A stretch of 64,000 bases of DNA from a virus. This document shows positions 19,298 to 27,973 of this stretch, piece by piece (positions within the stretch are counted from its first letter, which is position 1; every line of letters starts with the position of its first letter). A program made the position numbers and the translations under genes. The stretch lies in IMG/VR virus record IMGVR_UViG_3300043331_000728; one strand, 5' to 3'. The notes beneath the pieces were generated by a model that had not been told where the DNA came from, made no database searches, and was given only the letters and a program-made list of their open reading frames with translations.

Positions 19298-19757
19298 ACA
19301 GGTACTCCAAGGACCAGCCGTAGCGCCGGTCCAGGCCTTTGGCTGCGCTCTCGTCCTTGAGGCCGTGCGGCCCGAAGAGCCGTTTGCGATTGTCCTCGAT
19401 GTCCGCGATCTTGACTCGCAGGCCGATAGGATGCTCGGCTGCTCGTCGCACGAATTCTTTATAGGTCTCTTTCCAGGATCCGTGGACGCCGCGCCTGGTC
19501 ACTGCTTCGATACCCTGGATTACATCCTTGTCGAAGCCGTGGACCTCGCGCAGCTCGTTGATCGAGTAGCACCGTCCAGCCTGGTCGGGGTCCTCGATGA
19601 TGTCGTGCATGACGGCCACCATGGCGTACTCGTCGCCGAAGTGTTTGACGGCATCCATGACGCGCAGTGGGTGGTAGATGTAGGGAAGGCCGGACTTGTC
19701 CATCACGTTCTCATGATGGATGGTGGCGATTACGATCGCCTTGGTGAGGTTCATCAC
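19236..19757 (-). CDS. small alarmone hydrolase (SpoT/Mesh1-like HD domain)
   Basis: HH...GLPYIYHPLRV...VMHDIIED...GIEAVTR matches RelA/SpoT HD hydrolase motif. Confidence 0.65.
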   Translation of the reverse strand: MMNLTKAIVIATIHHENVMDKSGLPYIYHPLRVMDAVKHFGDEYAMVAVMHDIIEDPDQAGRCYSINELREVHGFDKDVIQGIEAVTRRGVHGSWKETYKEFVRRAAEHPIGLRVKIADIEDNRKRLFGPHGLKDESAAKGLDRRYGWSLEYLYERVRDGRVERVQPKVVRRG

Positions 19758-19777
19758 CTTGTCTCCTGACTTTGTTT

Positions 19778-19996
19778 TTAGGGTAGCACTATTTCACCTC
19801 TTTCGGCAAGGTGGACGAGGAAGGTCGGCAACAGCGTCTCGGCGTGGAGGAACTCAATTCCGACGAGGTGGCCGTCCAGGTTGTAGTCCAACACCAGGCC
19901 GCCCTCGACCGGCACTGAGCGTGCCACCCGTGAGGTGCCGCTGGCAGTCAGGTAGAGATAGGCGAGTCCGTGTTCACGATCCCAGGCGAGTTTCAT
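19778..19996 (-). CDS. hypothetical protein
   Basis: 72-aa ORF. Confidence 0.3.
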   Translation of the reverse strand: MKLAWDREHGLAYLYLTASGTSRVARSVPVEGGLVLDYNLDGHLVGIEFLHAETLLPTFLVHLAERGEIVLP

Positions 19997-20008
19997 CGTT
20001 TTTTTGGT

Positions 20009-20086
20009 TGGTGGGTCGGGGGAGAATCGAACTCCCGTTTATACGGGGTAAAAGCCCGCTGCAACGCCAACGTTTGCTACCGACCC
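20009..20086 (-). tRNA. tRNA-Lys(TTT)
   Basis: tgg+t+gggtcgg+gggag aatcgaa ctccc; acceptor partner ccgaccc 20080-20086; loop cttttac. Confidence 0.65.
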
Positions 20087-20090
20087 GTTG

Positions 20091-20165
20091 TGGTGGCTCT
20101 GGGTGGAATCGAACCACCGATGGCGGCTTATGAGACCGCTGCCTTGACCTCTTGGCGACAGAGCC
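20091..20165 (-). tRNA. tRNA-Met(CAT)
   Basis: T arm ggtgg aatcgaa ccacc; acceptor ggctctg/cagagcc; anticodon stem gcggt/gccgc loop ctcataa. Confidence 0.65.
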
Positions 20166-20166
20166 A

Positions 20167-20241
20167 TGGTTGCAGGTCGGAGAATCGAACTCCGCTCCCG
20201 TGGGTTATGAGCCCAGGTGGGTCACCAGACCTTTACCTGCG
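20167..20241 (-). tRNA. tRNA-like, CAT anticodon (Met or Ile2), irregular D arm
   Basis: T arm cggag aatcgaa ctccg, acceptor tgcaggt/acctgcg, loop ctcataa; D-arm does not fold cleanly. Confidence 0.45.
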
Positions 20242-20245
20242 TCAA

Positions 20246-20321
20246 TGGTGGCGGTAGTGGGATTCGAACCCACGTGAAAGGCTTGAGGGGCCTCTAGCCT
20301 GGTCCGCTAGCTGATACCGCC
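20246..20321 (-). tRNA. tRNA, anticodon uncertain (possibly Glu CTC with C33)
   Basis: T arm gtggg attcgaa cccac; acceptor ggcggta/taccgcc. Confidence 0.5.
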
Positions 20322-20378
20322 TTAAGGTTTCGATGATAACCCGGATCGACATATTGCGCAAGGGGTCTCGTATTGCTT

Positions 20379-20603
20379 TCACCACTCGTACTTCAGCGGT
20401 GATTCGAGGTCACAGATCACACAGCCGGACGTTCCAGCGCAACAACAGCATGTGTCTCGGTTCCAATCATGACAAAAATGTAGGCATTTTGTTTTTAGAT
20501 AGAAATCTCGGAGTCTCGGTGAGTCAGAGAATCCTGACGCCACAATGGCAAAATTAAGATACTGATCCGTCAAGAGTCGGATCTCAATGATTTTTTTAAT
20601 CAT
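20379..20603 (-). CDS. Cys-rich family member
   Basis: KCLHFCHDWNRDTCCCCAGTSGCVICD. Confidence 0.6.
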   Translation of the reverse strand: MIKKIIEIRLLTDQYLNFAIVASGFSDSPRLRDFYLKTKCLHFCHDWNRDTCCCCAGTSGCVICDLESPLKYEW

Positions 20604-20811
20604 GGCAGATGCGGCAGCCAGCGCTGCCCCCGCATACGCAACACTTCCCGTTGCCCCACAGGTACCAACAGAAATGACCGCATCGGTGCAAAAAGATATA
20701 TTCGCCCGTACTGGAATATGAGATACCGATGCTGGTGCCTGTGCTCAGAGCCTTGTTCACCTTGAAGGTGTTCTTCTTACTTGAGATCATCAGAATCGCA
20801 GACGAGCGCAT
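20596..20811 (-). CDS. Cys-rich family member (start uncertain, ORF extends to 20904)
   Basis: HRCGHFCWYLWGNGKCCVCGGSAGCRICHD. Confidence 0.55.
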   Translation of the reverse strand: MRSSAILMISSKKNTFKVNKALSTGTSIGISYSSTGEYIFLHRCGHFCWYLWGNGKCCVCGGSAGCRICHD

Positions 20812-20951
20812 GCCCGACGATGCAGTCGCCCGGGAACAGGTAGGGGCCAGCGATCTTGGTGGCCTCCCGATTGAGCGGCAGCTCTTTACCTTTGCCGTCT
20901 TCATCGAAGATCATGATCTTGCCGTTCCCGACGCCGACAATCTCTATCAGG

Positions 20952-21677
20952 TCACACCTCAGCATTTGGTACAGCTCCGGCAGCGTCCATCCCTCGGTCT
21001 TGTTGGCTGGTTGAACTTCCCGTGTTTCCCCGGTCACTAGGTACAAGGTACCCATAGGACTGTCCTCCCGCGTTCTTGTAGGTCATCTTGAGCGCGTACA
21101 CGCCACGCATCCAGACTGCCTGCCGAGCAGCGTCCCATGTTGCATGATGCTCGATCCCGTAGAAATCTGATCGGTATGCGAACCCTTTGGCGTACGATCG
21201 GCAGTCAACCTCCTTACTTCGTCGCCATGGTGCCTTGCGTCCGAGGGCCTGGTACGATGAGGCGATCATAGTCAGATCGTAGGAGGTCGGGTTCGCCCAC
21301 AGCCAGACATCTGGCCCCTCGACGTAGTGCTGGAAGGCGTTGAGCGCCTCTCGGATGGGGTAGATCGGAGCGGCCCACAGGGCTTCCCGAGCAGCCTGAT
21401 TCGGTGAATCCGATTCGCCACCCATCCACCACTTGATGGTGCGCCCGTCGACCTTGAGCCCTGCCCGCATGCTGGAATCGATGTTGATGTTGCAGAAGAA
21501 GCCTGGAGCAACCTTGTGACCCAGCGCTACCGTGAATGCCTCCGCTGGCGTAATACACACGTCCGGCACCAATTTCTCCGTCGTGCCATCCAGTTCAAAA
21601 TCCACGGCGCCGATCTGAAGAATCACACCGTCTGGGCCTTCGCCCAGGCCTTCAATGTCGACCATCACATTTCTCAT
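20952..21677 (-). CDS. DEDDh 3'-5' exonuclease (DnaQ/RNase T-like)
   Basis: Exo I VDIEGLG, Exo II YDLTM, Exo III HHATWDA; start ATGA-coupled. Confidence 0.65.
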   Translation of the reverse strand: MRNVMVDIEGLGEGPDGVILQIGAVDFELDGTTEKLVPDVCITPAEAFTVALGHKVAPGFFCNINIDSSMRAGLKVDGRTIKWWMGGESDSPNQAAREALWAAPIYPIREALNAFQHYVEGPDVWLWANPTSYDLTMIASSYQALGRKAPWRRSKEVDCRSYAKGFAYRSDFYGIEHHATWDAARQAVWMRGVYALKMTYKNAGGQSYGYLVPSDRGNTGSSTSQQDRGMDAAGAVPNAEV

Positions 21678-21955
21678 GGCTCTCCTGTTATTTTTCTCCT
21701 CTTGCAACGTGGACACTCGAAGTACTGATTGCGTTGGTCCCAGGCCATGGTGATCTGGCAATGGAAGTCCCGACGCCAGCCGAAAGCGAGCTGTGTGAAT
21801 TCCTCGCGCGAGATGGTGGCTTCATCGACCAGTATCGCCACGCCGTTTCGTGTCCGAATCCCTTTGTGCCACTCGAACCACTCGAACATCAGGTGTCCAG
21901 CGTTCTGGGGTCGACCTGGGGCGCATGTATTGGGCAACCGCCTGTGATCCACCAC
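21674..21955 (-). CDS. hypothetical protein with C-terminal CPRC zinc knuckle
   Basis: 93-aa ORF. Confidence 0.3.
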   Translation of the reverse strand: MVDHRRLPNTCAPGRPQNAGHLMFEWFEWHKGIRTRNGVAILVDEATISREEFTQLAFGWRRDFHCQITMAWDQRNQYFECPRCKRRKITGEP

Positions 21956-22054
21956 CCGTCAGGCGGGAACGGAGGCCACTTCCCGTTGTTGTTGTCCATG
22001 CGAGCGCAAATGCACCCGAGCGCGAAAGCTTCCTTGCTACCCGGATTCGGGAGC

Positions 22055-22312
22055 TTAGGAGATGGTGAATTTGTGTTCGGGTTCAGGGGTCCGTTTTTCA
22101 CCAAACGCCTCCTCTAAGTCTGCGTAGCGGCGTTGACGGGCGAGCTGGCGCTCGTAGAGCCGCAGCAGGCTAGCCTCCATAGCCGCTTTGGTCTTGAGGA
22201 ACGCCTTCCACTGGCGGTGGTGTTGATCGTTCATCTCGATCTCGACGCCGGACTCGTGCTCGTCGACTTCCAGTAGCGCACTCACGATGCAGGGCGCGAC
22301 CCGGACCTTCAT
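22055..22312 (-). CDS. hypothetical protein
   Basis: 85-aa ORF. Confidence 0.3.
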   Translation of the reverse strand: MKVRVAPCIVSALLEVDEHESGVEIEMNDQHHRQWKAFLKTKAAMEASLLRLYERQLARQRRYADLEEAFGEKRTPEPEHKFTIS

Positions 22313-22460
22313 CGCATTTCTTGATAACGCAACAATGCAGCAAGGCCCTGCATGATGGCGCGTTGATTCGCAATGATGGCGTGCAGTAGCACGTACTGAT
22401 TACTGCGGGCACTGCCGACCGGCACCTCTCGAAGCTGTCGTTCCAGCTCATCCAACGCAC

Positions 22461-22670
22461 TCATGGCGCACCGATTGCCAGGACAGCACGGAGGCCGAAA
22501 CCGATCGCAAGCATAGCCGCGCCCAGCATAACGCTGTAGCGGTAGACATTGCGCCAAGGCTGTCCTGGCTGCATGATCGTGAACGCAAGTCCTGATACTC
22601 CTGAAAAGAGGATCGCGAGCAACATATCGGTCATGCTCTCTCCACAAAGTTGACGCATTTGCAGCCCCAC
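22461..22670 (-). CDS. small membrane protein
   Basis: two hydrophobic helices. Confidence 0.3.
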   Translation of the reverse strand: MGLQMRQLCGESMTDMLLAILFSGVSGLAFTIMQPGQPWRNVYRYSVMLGAAMLAIGFGLRAVLAIGAP

Positions 22671-22805
22671 GACATGCAGGGCATGGTACCAGTTGCCTTG
22701 TCGTATTGGTGGCCTTTTCGGTAGTGGCCACAGATCGACCGAGCACAGTACCAGCCTTTCACAAGGCGGATACCGCGCTCGATCGATCTTTCCAGGGTGG
22801 AACGC

Positions 22806-23141
22806 CTACTTGTTGTCCTCGTCTTCGGGTTCATCCGGATTCTCGTCGACCTCGGGGTAGTTTCCGCTGTCGAACCGATCCACGAAGTCGGCGATGAACC
22901 TGGGAGCCTCGATCGAGACACCGTTGACCTGCACGCGCGCTCCGTCGACCTCGATCTCATCGTCGACAAAGCGTTTCTTAAGGAAGTTGGCGACCGGGCA
23001 GCTATCGGCGGAGCCACGTTCCCCCTTGATACCGAGTCGCTTGAGCTTGGCGGCGACCGATTTGGAACTGGCACCCAGCTCCTTGATCGCATCCTTGAGC
23101 GGTTTCTCCGCGTACTGCGACAGATTGATCTTCTTGGCCAT
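22806..23141 (-). CDS. hypothetical protein, paralog of 43949..44296
   Basis: MAKKINLSQYAEKPL...CPVANFLKKRF vs MAVPHKINLAQRK...CPIANYLRSKF; RBS-preceded internal ATG. Confidence 0.45.
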   Translation of the reverse strand: MAKKINLSQYAEKPLKDAIKELGASSKSVAAKLKRLGIKGERGSADSCPVANFLKKRFVDDEIEVDGARVQVNGVSIEAPRFIADFVDRFDSGNYPEVDENPDEPEDEDNK

Positions 23142-23347
23142 CCTCTCCTCCTGTGCCGGAAATGAAACGGCGGTTCCCGGAGCTGAGCCCACGAGAACCG
23201 CCGCCGAACCTACCATCGGCAGGTTCTTATTGAAAACGGCCCGAGCCTACCCGGGTCTAGTGCGTTGATTGCCCGGCTGCTTGCATCACCGGCATTTCGC
23301 TAATCAGCGCGTTCACCGCATCCCGACTCGAACCGCTATTGAAGACT

Positions 23348-23425
23348 TGGCCCTCGCAACGGGACTTGAACCCGTGTTCTCCGCCTTGACGGGGCAGCGG
23401 GGACTCCATACTCCCCTATGCGAGG
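23348..23425 (-). tRNA. tRNA-Asp(GTC), apparent C33
   Basis: T arm acggg acttgaa cccgt; acceptor cctcgca/tgcgagg; AC stem ctgcc/ggcgg loop ccgtcaa. Confidence 0.55.
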
Positions 23426-23446
23426 TCGAGGTGTTACTATACCACG

Positions 23447-23629
23447 TTAGAACGGGACCCTCAAGAGGGCGATCTCCTCCCTCTTAGTTTTCTGTTTCTT
23501 GAAGAATCGTCCGCAGGTGCCGCATCGATAAGGATACGGATACCCATGGGTCGGACAATCCTCGTCCGGCTCCAGCCTGTATCCGTAGCAGATACAACCT
23601 GTTGCCTCCTCGCAGACATGTTCCCTCAT
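23447..23629 (-). CDS. small Cys-rich protein
   Basis: 60 aa: CICYGY...CPTHG...CGTCG. Confidence 0.3.
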   Translation of the reverse strand: MREHVCEEATGCICYGYRLEPDEDCPTHGYPYPYRCGTCGRFFKKQKTKREEIALLRVPF

Positions 23630-23979
23630 CGACGAATCCGACGTTTGAGAATGCGGATCTCGTCACCCTTGGTAGGGCCACGATACCTGAGTGGGGGCGG
23701 CCCTTGGAAGAACCGATAGACGTGAAAACCGGCCGCAATAAGGTACATCCCCACGTACACTGCGGAGATAATCACGAACAGATACACACCGACACCCAGG
23801 AAGCTAGTCCACATCCAGCTCGACCACTTCGTATCCGCGAACAGTAACGAAGTCGAGCAGGCGCCGGGCGATGGCCTCGGACATTGGTCGTGGGAGCAAC
23901 CACTCGTAGAATTGCGCCTCGTGATCGGCCTTGCCACCAGCGGCGTTGATCCAGGCCGCAAAGTCCCTCTCGGTGACAC
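23626..23979 (-). CDS. membrane protein (start probably internal)
   Basis: hydrophobic VGVYLFVIISAVYVGMYLIAAGF. Confidence 0.3.
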   Translation of the reverse strand: MSPRGTLRPGSTPLVARPITRRNSTSGCSHDQCPRPSPGACSTSLLFADTKWSSWMWTSFLGVGVYLFVIISAVYVGMYLIAAGFHVYRFFQGPPPLRYRGPTKGDEIRILKRRIRR

Positions 23980-24190
23980 CCGTCACCAAATCTGGTCCCT
24001 CTTCGTTTCCATAGCCGAACACGTTGTCGCCGATCTCCATCAAGAACTGGATGTTCAGCTCGTCGCACTTCTTCTCGGCCGTCGCTTTGCTGAAGCAGGC
24101 CTGGTGCGGACGCCCCGTGTCACCGTCCTCTCGATACCAGTACTCGTCGTTGTACTGCCAGCCGATCTCCTGGATCACGTAGATCTTCAC
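23804..24190 (-). CDS. hypothetical protein
   Basis: 128-aa ORF. Confidence 0.4.
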   Translation of the reverse strand: MKIYVIQEIGWQYNDEYWYREDGDTGRPHQACFSKATAEKKCDELNIQFLMEIGDNVFGYGNEEGPDLVTGVTERDFAAWINAAGGKADHEAQFYEWLLPRPMSEAIARRLLDFVTVRGYEVVELDVD

Positions 24191-24534
24191 GATCCGTCCT
24201 CCTCTGCGGTTTTCATGGTGCCCCCGGCGAGATTCGAACTCGCACTCTGCCCACTAGGATTGGGCTGCCTTAGTCCGTTTGGCCACGGGGGCTGATAGGC
24301 GTCATCTCGCTGACCACGACCCCATTTTTTTGTCGGGTCGCAGATAATACATTGCAGCGAACCAGGATTACACAAACAACATGTACGACTTCCGCTATAC
24401 CAGCAGAGGTGCAGACAATTCTTGATCTCAAATCCGACGGCGATACCGGGCTGCCATGGTGTGCCTCTGAGTCCGCATGTAACTCGGAGCGGTCCAAAAT
24501 GCATTCGTTCTACGATAAAAAGCTTTTTCATGGT
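24187..24534 (-). CDS. Cys-rich family member with long C-terminal tail overlapping tRNA-Arg(CCT)
   Basis: NCLHLCWYSGSRTCCLCNPGSLQCIICD; no stop until 24187. Confidence 0.5.
   Translation of the reverse strand, partial: TMKKLFIVERMHFGPLRVTCGLRGTPWQPGIAVGFEIKNCLHLCWYSGSRTCCLCNPGSLQCIICDPTKKWGRGQRDDAYQPPWPNGLRQPNPSGQSASSNLAGGTMKTAEEDGS
24206..24282 (-). tRNA. tRNA-Arg(CCT)
   Basis: T arm gcgag attcgaa ctcgc; acceptor gcccccg/cgggggc; AC stem gccca/tgggc loop atcctag. Confidence 0.6.
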
Positions 24535-24547
24535 CCCCCTGGCAGGA

Positions 24548-24928
24548 CTAGGAACCGCAACATCGTCCAGAAGTCTTGCGCCGAGCGTGTGTTCTAATGC
24601 GATGACAATTAGCACACACAACGTCGCATTTTGCAACCTCGGCCCGTACCTTCTTTGTGCTACCGCAACGGATGGCGCCATTGCCGACAGGGAACAGTTT
24701 CTTGCCACGCACGTGATCGAATTCCATCACGCAAGGCAGGAAATTTAACCCACAGTCCATGCATGGCTGGGATTTCAGAGCCCGCAGGAATGCCCGCGTG
24801 TCCTCTTCCCACTGCTTGTTCCAGCGCCTAACGTTGCGACGGTGGCGCTCCTTGTTTCTGATATACCAGTCGTGCTTATATGCAGCGATGTCTGCCTTGG
24901 ACAGCTCGGACCACTTTCTAACCGCCAT
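24548..24928 (-). CDS. HNH homing-type endonuclease (paralog of 18481..18777)
   Basis: CMDCGLNF...EFDHVRGKK...CANCHRIRT. Confidence 0.65.
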   Translation of the reverse strand: MAVRKWSELSKADIAAYKHDWYIRNKERHRRNVRRWNKQWEEDTRAFLRALKSQPCMDCGLNFLPCVMEFDHVRGKKLFPVGNGAIRCGSTKKVRAEVAKCDVVCANCHRIRTHARRKTSGRCCGS

Positions 24929-24950
24929 GCAGACATTAGAACATCCTAAC

Positions 24951-25027
24951 TGGTCCCCCGAGAAGGATTCGAACCTTCGACCGGTCGCTTAGAAGGCGAC
25001 AGCTCTAGTCCACTGAGCTATCGGGGG
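24951..25027 (-). tRNA. tRNA-Arg(TCT)
   Basis: T arm gaagg attcgaa ccttc; acceptor cccccga/tcggggg; D arm tagctcagtggactagagc; AC stem gtcgc/gcgac loop cttctaa. Confidence 0.7.
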
Positions 25028-25060
25028 ATACGCTCATCCAGTTGAGCTACAGGGGGACTG
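25028..25060 (-). other. tRNA 5'-fragment (acceptor + D arm) abutting tRNA-Arg(TCT)
   Basis: minus-strand reading ccccctg ta gctc aactggat gagc gtat mirrors 5' third of the adjacent tRNA; no anticodon/T arm follows. Confidence 0.4.
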
Positions 25061-25657
25061 AGCATTGAGCATACCACGGATCACGGCTGTGAACTCGTCT
25101 GGCAGGATGCAGTTCTCGGGGGCTAGGGCAAACATCGGTGCGATGTCCTTCGGTGTGTAGCCTGCCAGCCCGCACCCGATGGCCGTGACGTTGAATGTCC
25201 ATGTTGGGTGTCCTCTAGCAAACAGGATGAACTCGTCCACGTAGGGCTTGATCCGGTCCAGCGGAAGCGTACGGATGTGCTCGTCCTTAGTCGGGATGGC
25301 GTAACTGTTGCCTTGTAGCCCAACAGCCTGTCCGTACTTCGCTCCGTGCATCCTGCGGGCTTCCAGCGCGGCCCCTTTGCCGTGACGCCCAGCCAGATTC
25401 GAGCCGAACACGAAGACGATCATGGCGCGGTACACCCATGCCCCGTCGCTGTTCCGGTGCAGCGTAAGGCTCCCGCCCGGAGCAGGGATCGCGTCGCCAG
25501 GCACAACAGCCATCACGAGCCCGCCGCCGCCAGCCATCACCAGCCGCGCGCAGCCTTGGCAGACCACGAACGGCGGTGTGGATATACTGCACGGGTCCAG
25601 CACACGACCATGACCGCACTCCGTGAGCTTCGGCTGACGCGGATGCTTACGTGCCAT
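25034..25657 (-). CDS. hypothetical protein
   Basis: ORF 25034..25810, start placed at internal ATG 25657; FGSNLAGRHGKGAA motif, family not recognised. Confidence 0.35.
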   Translation of the reverse strand: MARKHPRQPKLTECGHGRVLDPCSISTPPFVVCQGCARLVMAGGGGLVMAVVPGDAIPAPGGSLTLHRNSDGAWVYRAMIVFVFGSNLAGRHGKGAALEARRMHGAKYGQAVGLQGNSYAIPTKDEHIRTLPLDRIKPYVDEFILFARGHPTWTFNVTAIGCGLAGYTPKDIAPMFALAPENCILPDEFTAVIRGMLNAQSPCSSTG

Positions 25658-25782
25658 AGGTCGGCTCCGGCCCGTCCGAGTGTTCGATGCTCGGCGCTGG
25701 CGCGGGAATCGTCGCGCTTTCATGAGGCCCCGCGTGTCCGTGCGGCAGCACGCAGCACCAATCCATCGTCCCGAAATCGCAG

Positions 25783-26154
25783 TTAGTTCCCAAAGCATTC
25801 CTCGCAGCACTCGTCCCAGCAGTGGAAGTTGACGCCGGGGTCGCGGCCGTGGCGCTCTCGGTACTTCGCCGCAGCTTGATCGCAGTCATCGTGGCGGTTG
25901 CACGACTTCGCTTTGCCTGCCGCACCAGCGTCCGAGCGTTCGACGCGAGGCGACCCCGACCCCCCTGGCTGCGCGAGGGCGGCGGCGACCGCGAATACGT
26001 CCACCTCTGTAACCAGGAATCGCCGCCCGTGAACGCTCAACGCGGTCAACAGTTCCCGCGCTCGGCGCTCCGCGTCCCGTCCGTCCAGGGTCGCGCCCTC
26101 GGGGTCTCGCCTACCGGCGTGCGTCCCCGCTGGCGGCTCAGAAGCACCGCTCAC
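25783..26154 (-). CDS. hypothetical Cys-rich protein
   Basis: CNRHDDCD...CWDECCEEC. Confidence 0.3.
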   Translation of the reverse strand: MSGASEPPAGTHAGRRDPEGATLDGRDAERRARELLTALSVHGRRFLVTEVDVFAVAAALAQPGGSGSPRVERSDAGAAGKAKSCNRHDDCDQAAAKYRERHGRDPGVNFHCWDECCEECFGN

Positions 26155-26492
26155 TTCGGCTCTCGACGCTTAGAGGGCGGCGCGTAACCAGTTCCGTACA
26201 CCGCCCAGCGCAGATCACCGTCAAGCGTAACCACGTCGCTGTACGCCGGCTTGCCGTCCGGGCGCTTGCCGTCATCGCCAGTGGCATCGTCCTTCGTGAA
26301 CGCCGCCGTCCCGATTGCGTGCCGCTTGAACGTCCACTGCCCGTCGTAGTGAACTTTGAGCACCGTCCCGTCTGAGAACGCGAGATACACGCCTTCCTTC
26401 GCCTCGTCGAAACCAGGACTGAACTCCTCGTAGAAGTCGCCCTCCAGCTCGATCAGGTCGTCGCTCGCTCCGTAAACCACCACCCTAGCCAT
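26151..26492 (-). CDS. hypothetical protein
   Basis: 113-aa ORF, ATGA-coupled. Confidence 0.35.
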   Translation of the reverse strand: MARVVVYGASDDLIELEGDFYEEFSPGFDEAKEGVYLAFSDGTVLKVHYDGQWTFKRHAIGTAAFTKDDATGDDGKRPDGKPAYSDVVTLDGDLRWAVYGTGYAPPSKRREPK

Positions 26493-26566
26493 CGCCTACC
26501 GTCCTTTCGTCGCGGCCTACTCGTGACTCGCGCCAGCGTCGCTCGTTCGACGAGCAGATGAGTTCG

Positions 26567-26908
26567 TCATCGCTTCCCTCTCTTCGATGTCAGATGGTAC
26601 CAGCGGCACTCCGGGCAACGATACCAGCGGGTGGGCTCGAAGTCCACCCGCTTAGCAGCGTTTCGTTGTGCGATTCGGGCCAGCGCGATCTTCGCGTCTA
26701 GCTCATCCCGAAACTGTTTCTTCCCGGTTGAGCAAGGCAGGATCGGGCTCGGCTCCTCGATGTCCCCCTCTGGTGTCCGCCACTCCGGGGGGACCCGGAT
26801 CTTGTTCTTGAAATCCATGTCACGAGACGCCTCCGTTCCCTGTACGAGCTTTGGCGACTCGCTCCTTGAACTCCACAGCCTCCCTGAGCGCCTTAGTGAT
26901 GGCGGCAT
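26567..26908 (-). CDS. hypothetical protein with zinc ribbon
   Basis: RWYRCPECRWYH. Confidence 0.35.
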   Translation of the reverse strand: MPPSLRRSGRLWSSRSESPKLVQGTEASRDMDFKNKIRVPPEWRTPEGDIEEPSPILPCSTGKKQFRDELDAKIALARIAQRNAAKRVDFEPTRWYRCPECRWYHLTSKRGKR

Positions 26909-27074
26909 GAACCTCTTCGAGGGTTAACCCATGGACCACTACACCCTCGTTGTACTCCTCGACCACGCCCCCCTTCTCGGTGCGCAACATGATCCGCACC
27001 TTCGTGGGCGGCGGTGGTGGCGAACCGATGATGGTCGCTTTACGATCTTCCTTCGGGACACCACCGCGAGCCAC
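26820..27074 (-). CDS. hypothetical protein
   Basis: 84-aa ORF. Confidence 0.3.
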   Translation of the reverse strand: MARGGVPKEDRKATIIGSPPPPPTKVRIMLRTEKGGVVEEYNEGVVVHGLTLEEVHAAITKALREAVEFKERVAKARTGNGGVS

Positions 27075-27973
27075 TACTCACCCCGGTTCTGTTCAGCGAT
27101 CCGCTTGATGCGTCGCGTGCTAGAGCTGGTCGGGGTAGCGATCCGCTTGTTGTCGCTCTCGATCGGGAACAGCTCGTCGGCGGCCTCGTAGAGCTTGTGG
27201 AGCTGCTGACCATGAAGGAACGCGTACAGTGACCGCTCGGCCTTGCTATAGACTAGCTCGGCCCGCAGCGGTGAGCGCTGGGCGACGTTGCGGATCAAGA
27301 ACTCTCGGAAGATCTTGGCTGGCTGATCCTTGATCTTGTCCTCCACATCTCCCGATACGAGCACACCGAGCCACTGATAGAGCCGCTGATGATCGTGTTT
27401 GTAAAACGCTCGCGCGACCGGCGCCAGCACCGGAGCCCGTGTGACGCCTCGCACCTTCTTGCGACCAACCCCGGCGATGGCAAAATCGATCGCCTCGAAG
27501 TGTTTGGTCAGGTAGGCCACCGTCTCCTGTCTGGTTGGCACTTGCAGGTGTCGGTTACCGTGCATCATCCGGTTGGCGATAGAAGCGTGAAGGTTCTCGA
27601 CGATGCCACTAGTGCCGCCTGTCTCGACCGTGAGCACATCGACCACGGAGCGCTTGATGTGGTCGTCGACCGTGCGCTGGGCCTCCTGTGACATATTGAA
27701 GGTCACAAGGAACGGAATAGGGATCTTGGCCTCAGCCACTGCCCACAGGCGATGTTGACCATCAAGGATTTCCCCGTCCGCGCCAAAGGCGATGCCTTGG
27801 TGGTTCTCCAACCACCGGCCTTCCTTCATATCCTTGGCGTACTGATTGACCTTGTGCTGCTTGAGCGGCCGGTTGTGGTGAACGTCCTTGTCGTTTTCCA
27901 GCCACTCCAAGGCTTTTTCCGGCGTGACAACGATCCGCTGTGTGCGCATGTGTCCGTTACTGTTTGACACCAT
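27074..27973 (-). CDS. ParB-like nuclease domain protein
   Basis: ParB N-terminal motif ILDGQHRLWA. Confidence 0.65.
   Translation of the reverse strand: MVSNSNGHMRTQRIVVTPEKALEWLENDKDVHHNRPLKQHKVNQYAKDMKEGRWLENHQGIAFGADGEILDGQHRLWAVAEAKIPIPFLVTFNMSQEAQRTVDDHIKRSVVDVLTVETGGTSGIVENLHASIANRMMHGNRHLQVPTRQETVAYLTKHFEAIDFAIAGVGRKKVRGVTRAPVLAPVARAFYKHDHQRLYQWLGVLVSGDVEDKIKDQPAKIFREFLIRNVAQRSPLRAELVYSKAERSLYAFLHGQQLHKLYEAADELFPIESDNKRIATPTSSSTRRIKRIAEQNRGE

Noticed and set aside
19236-19757. HD protein as DatZ of a Z-genome (2-aminoadenine) system
   Set aside because: No PurZ or MazZ partners are in the window, and the motif pattern matches the SpoT/Mesh1 alarmone hydrolase better.
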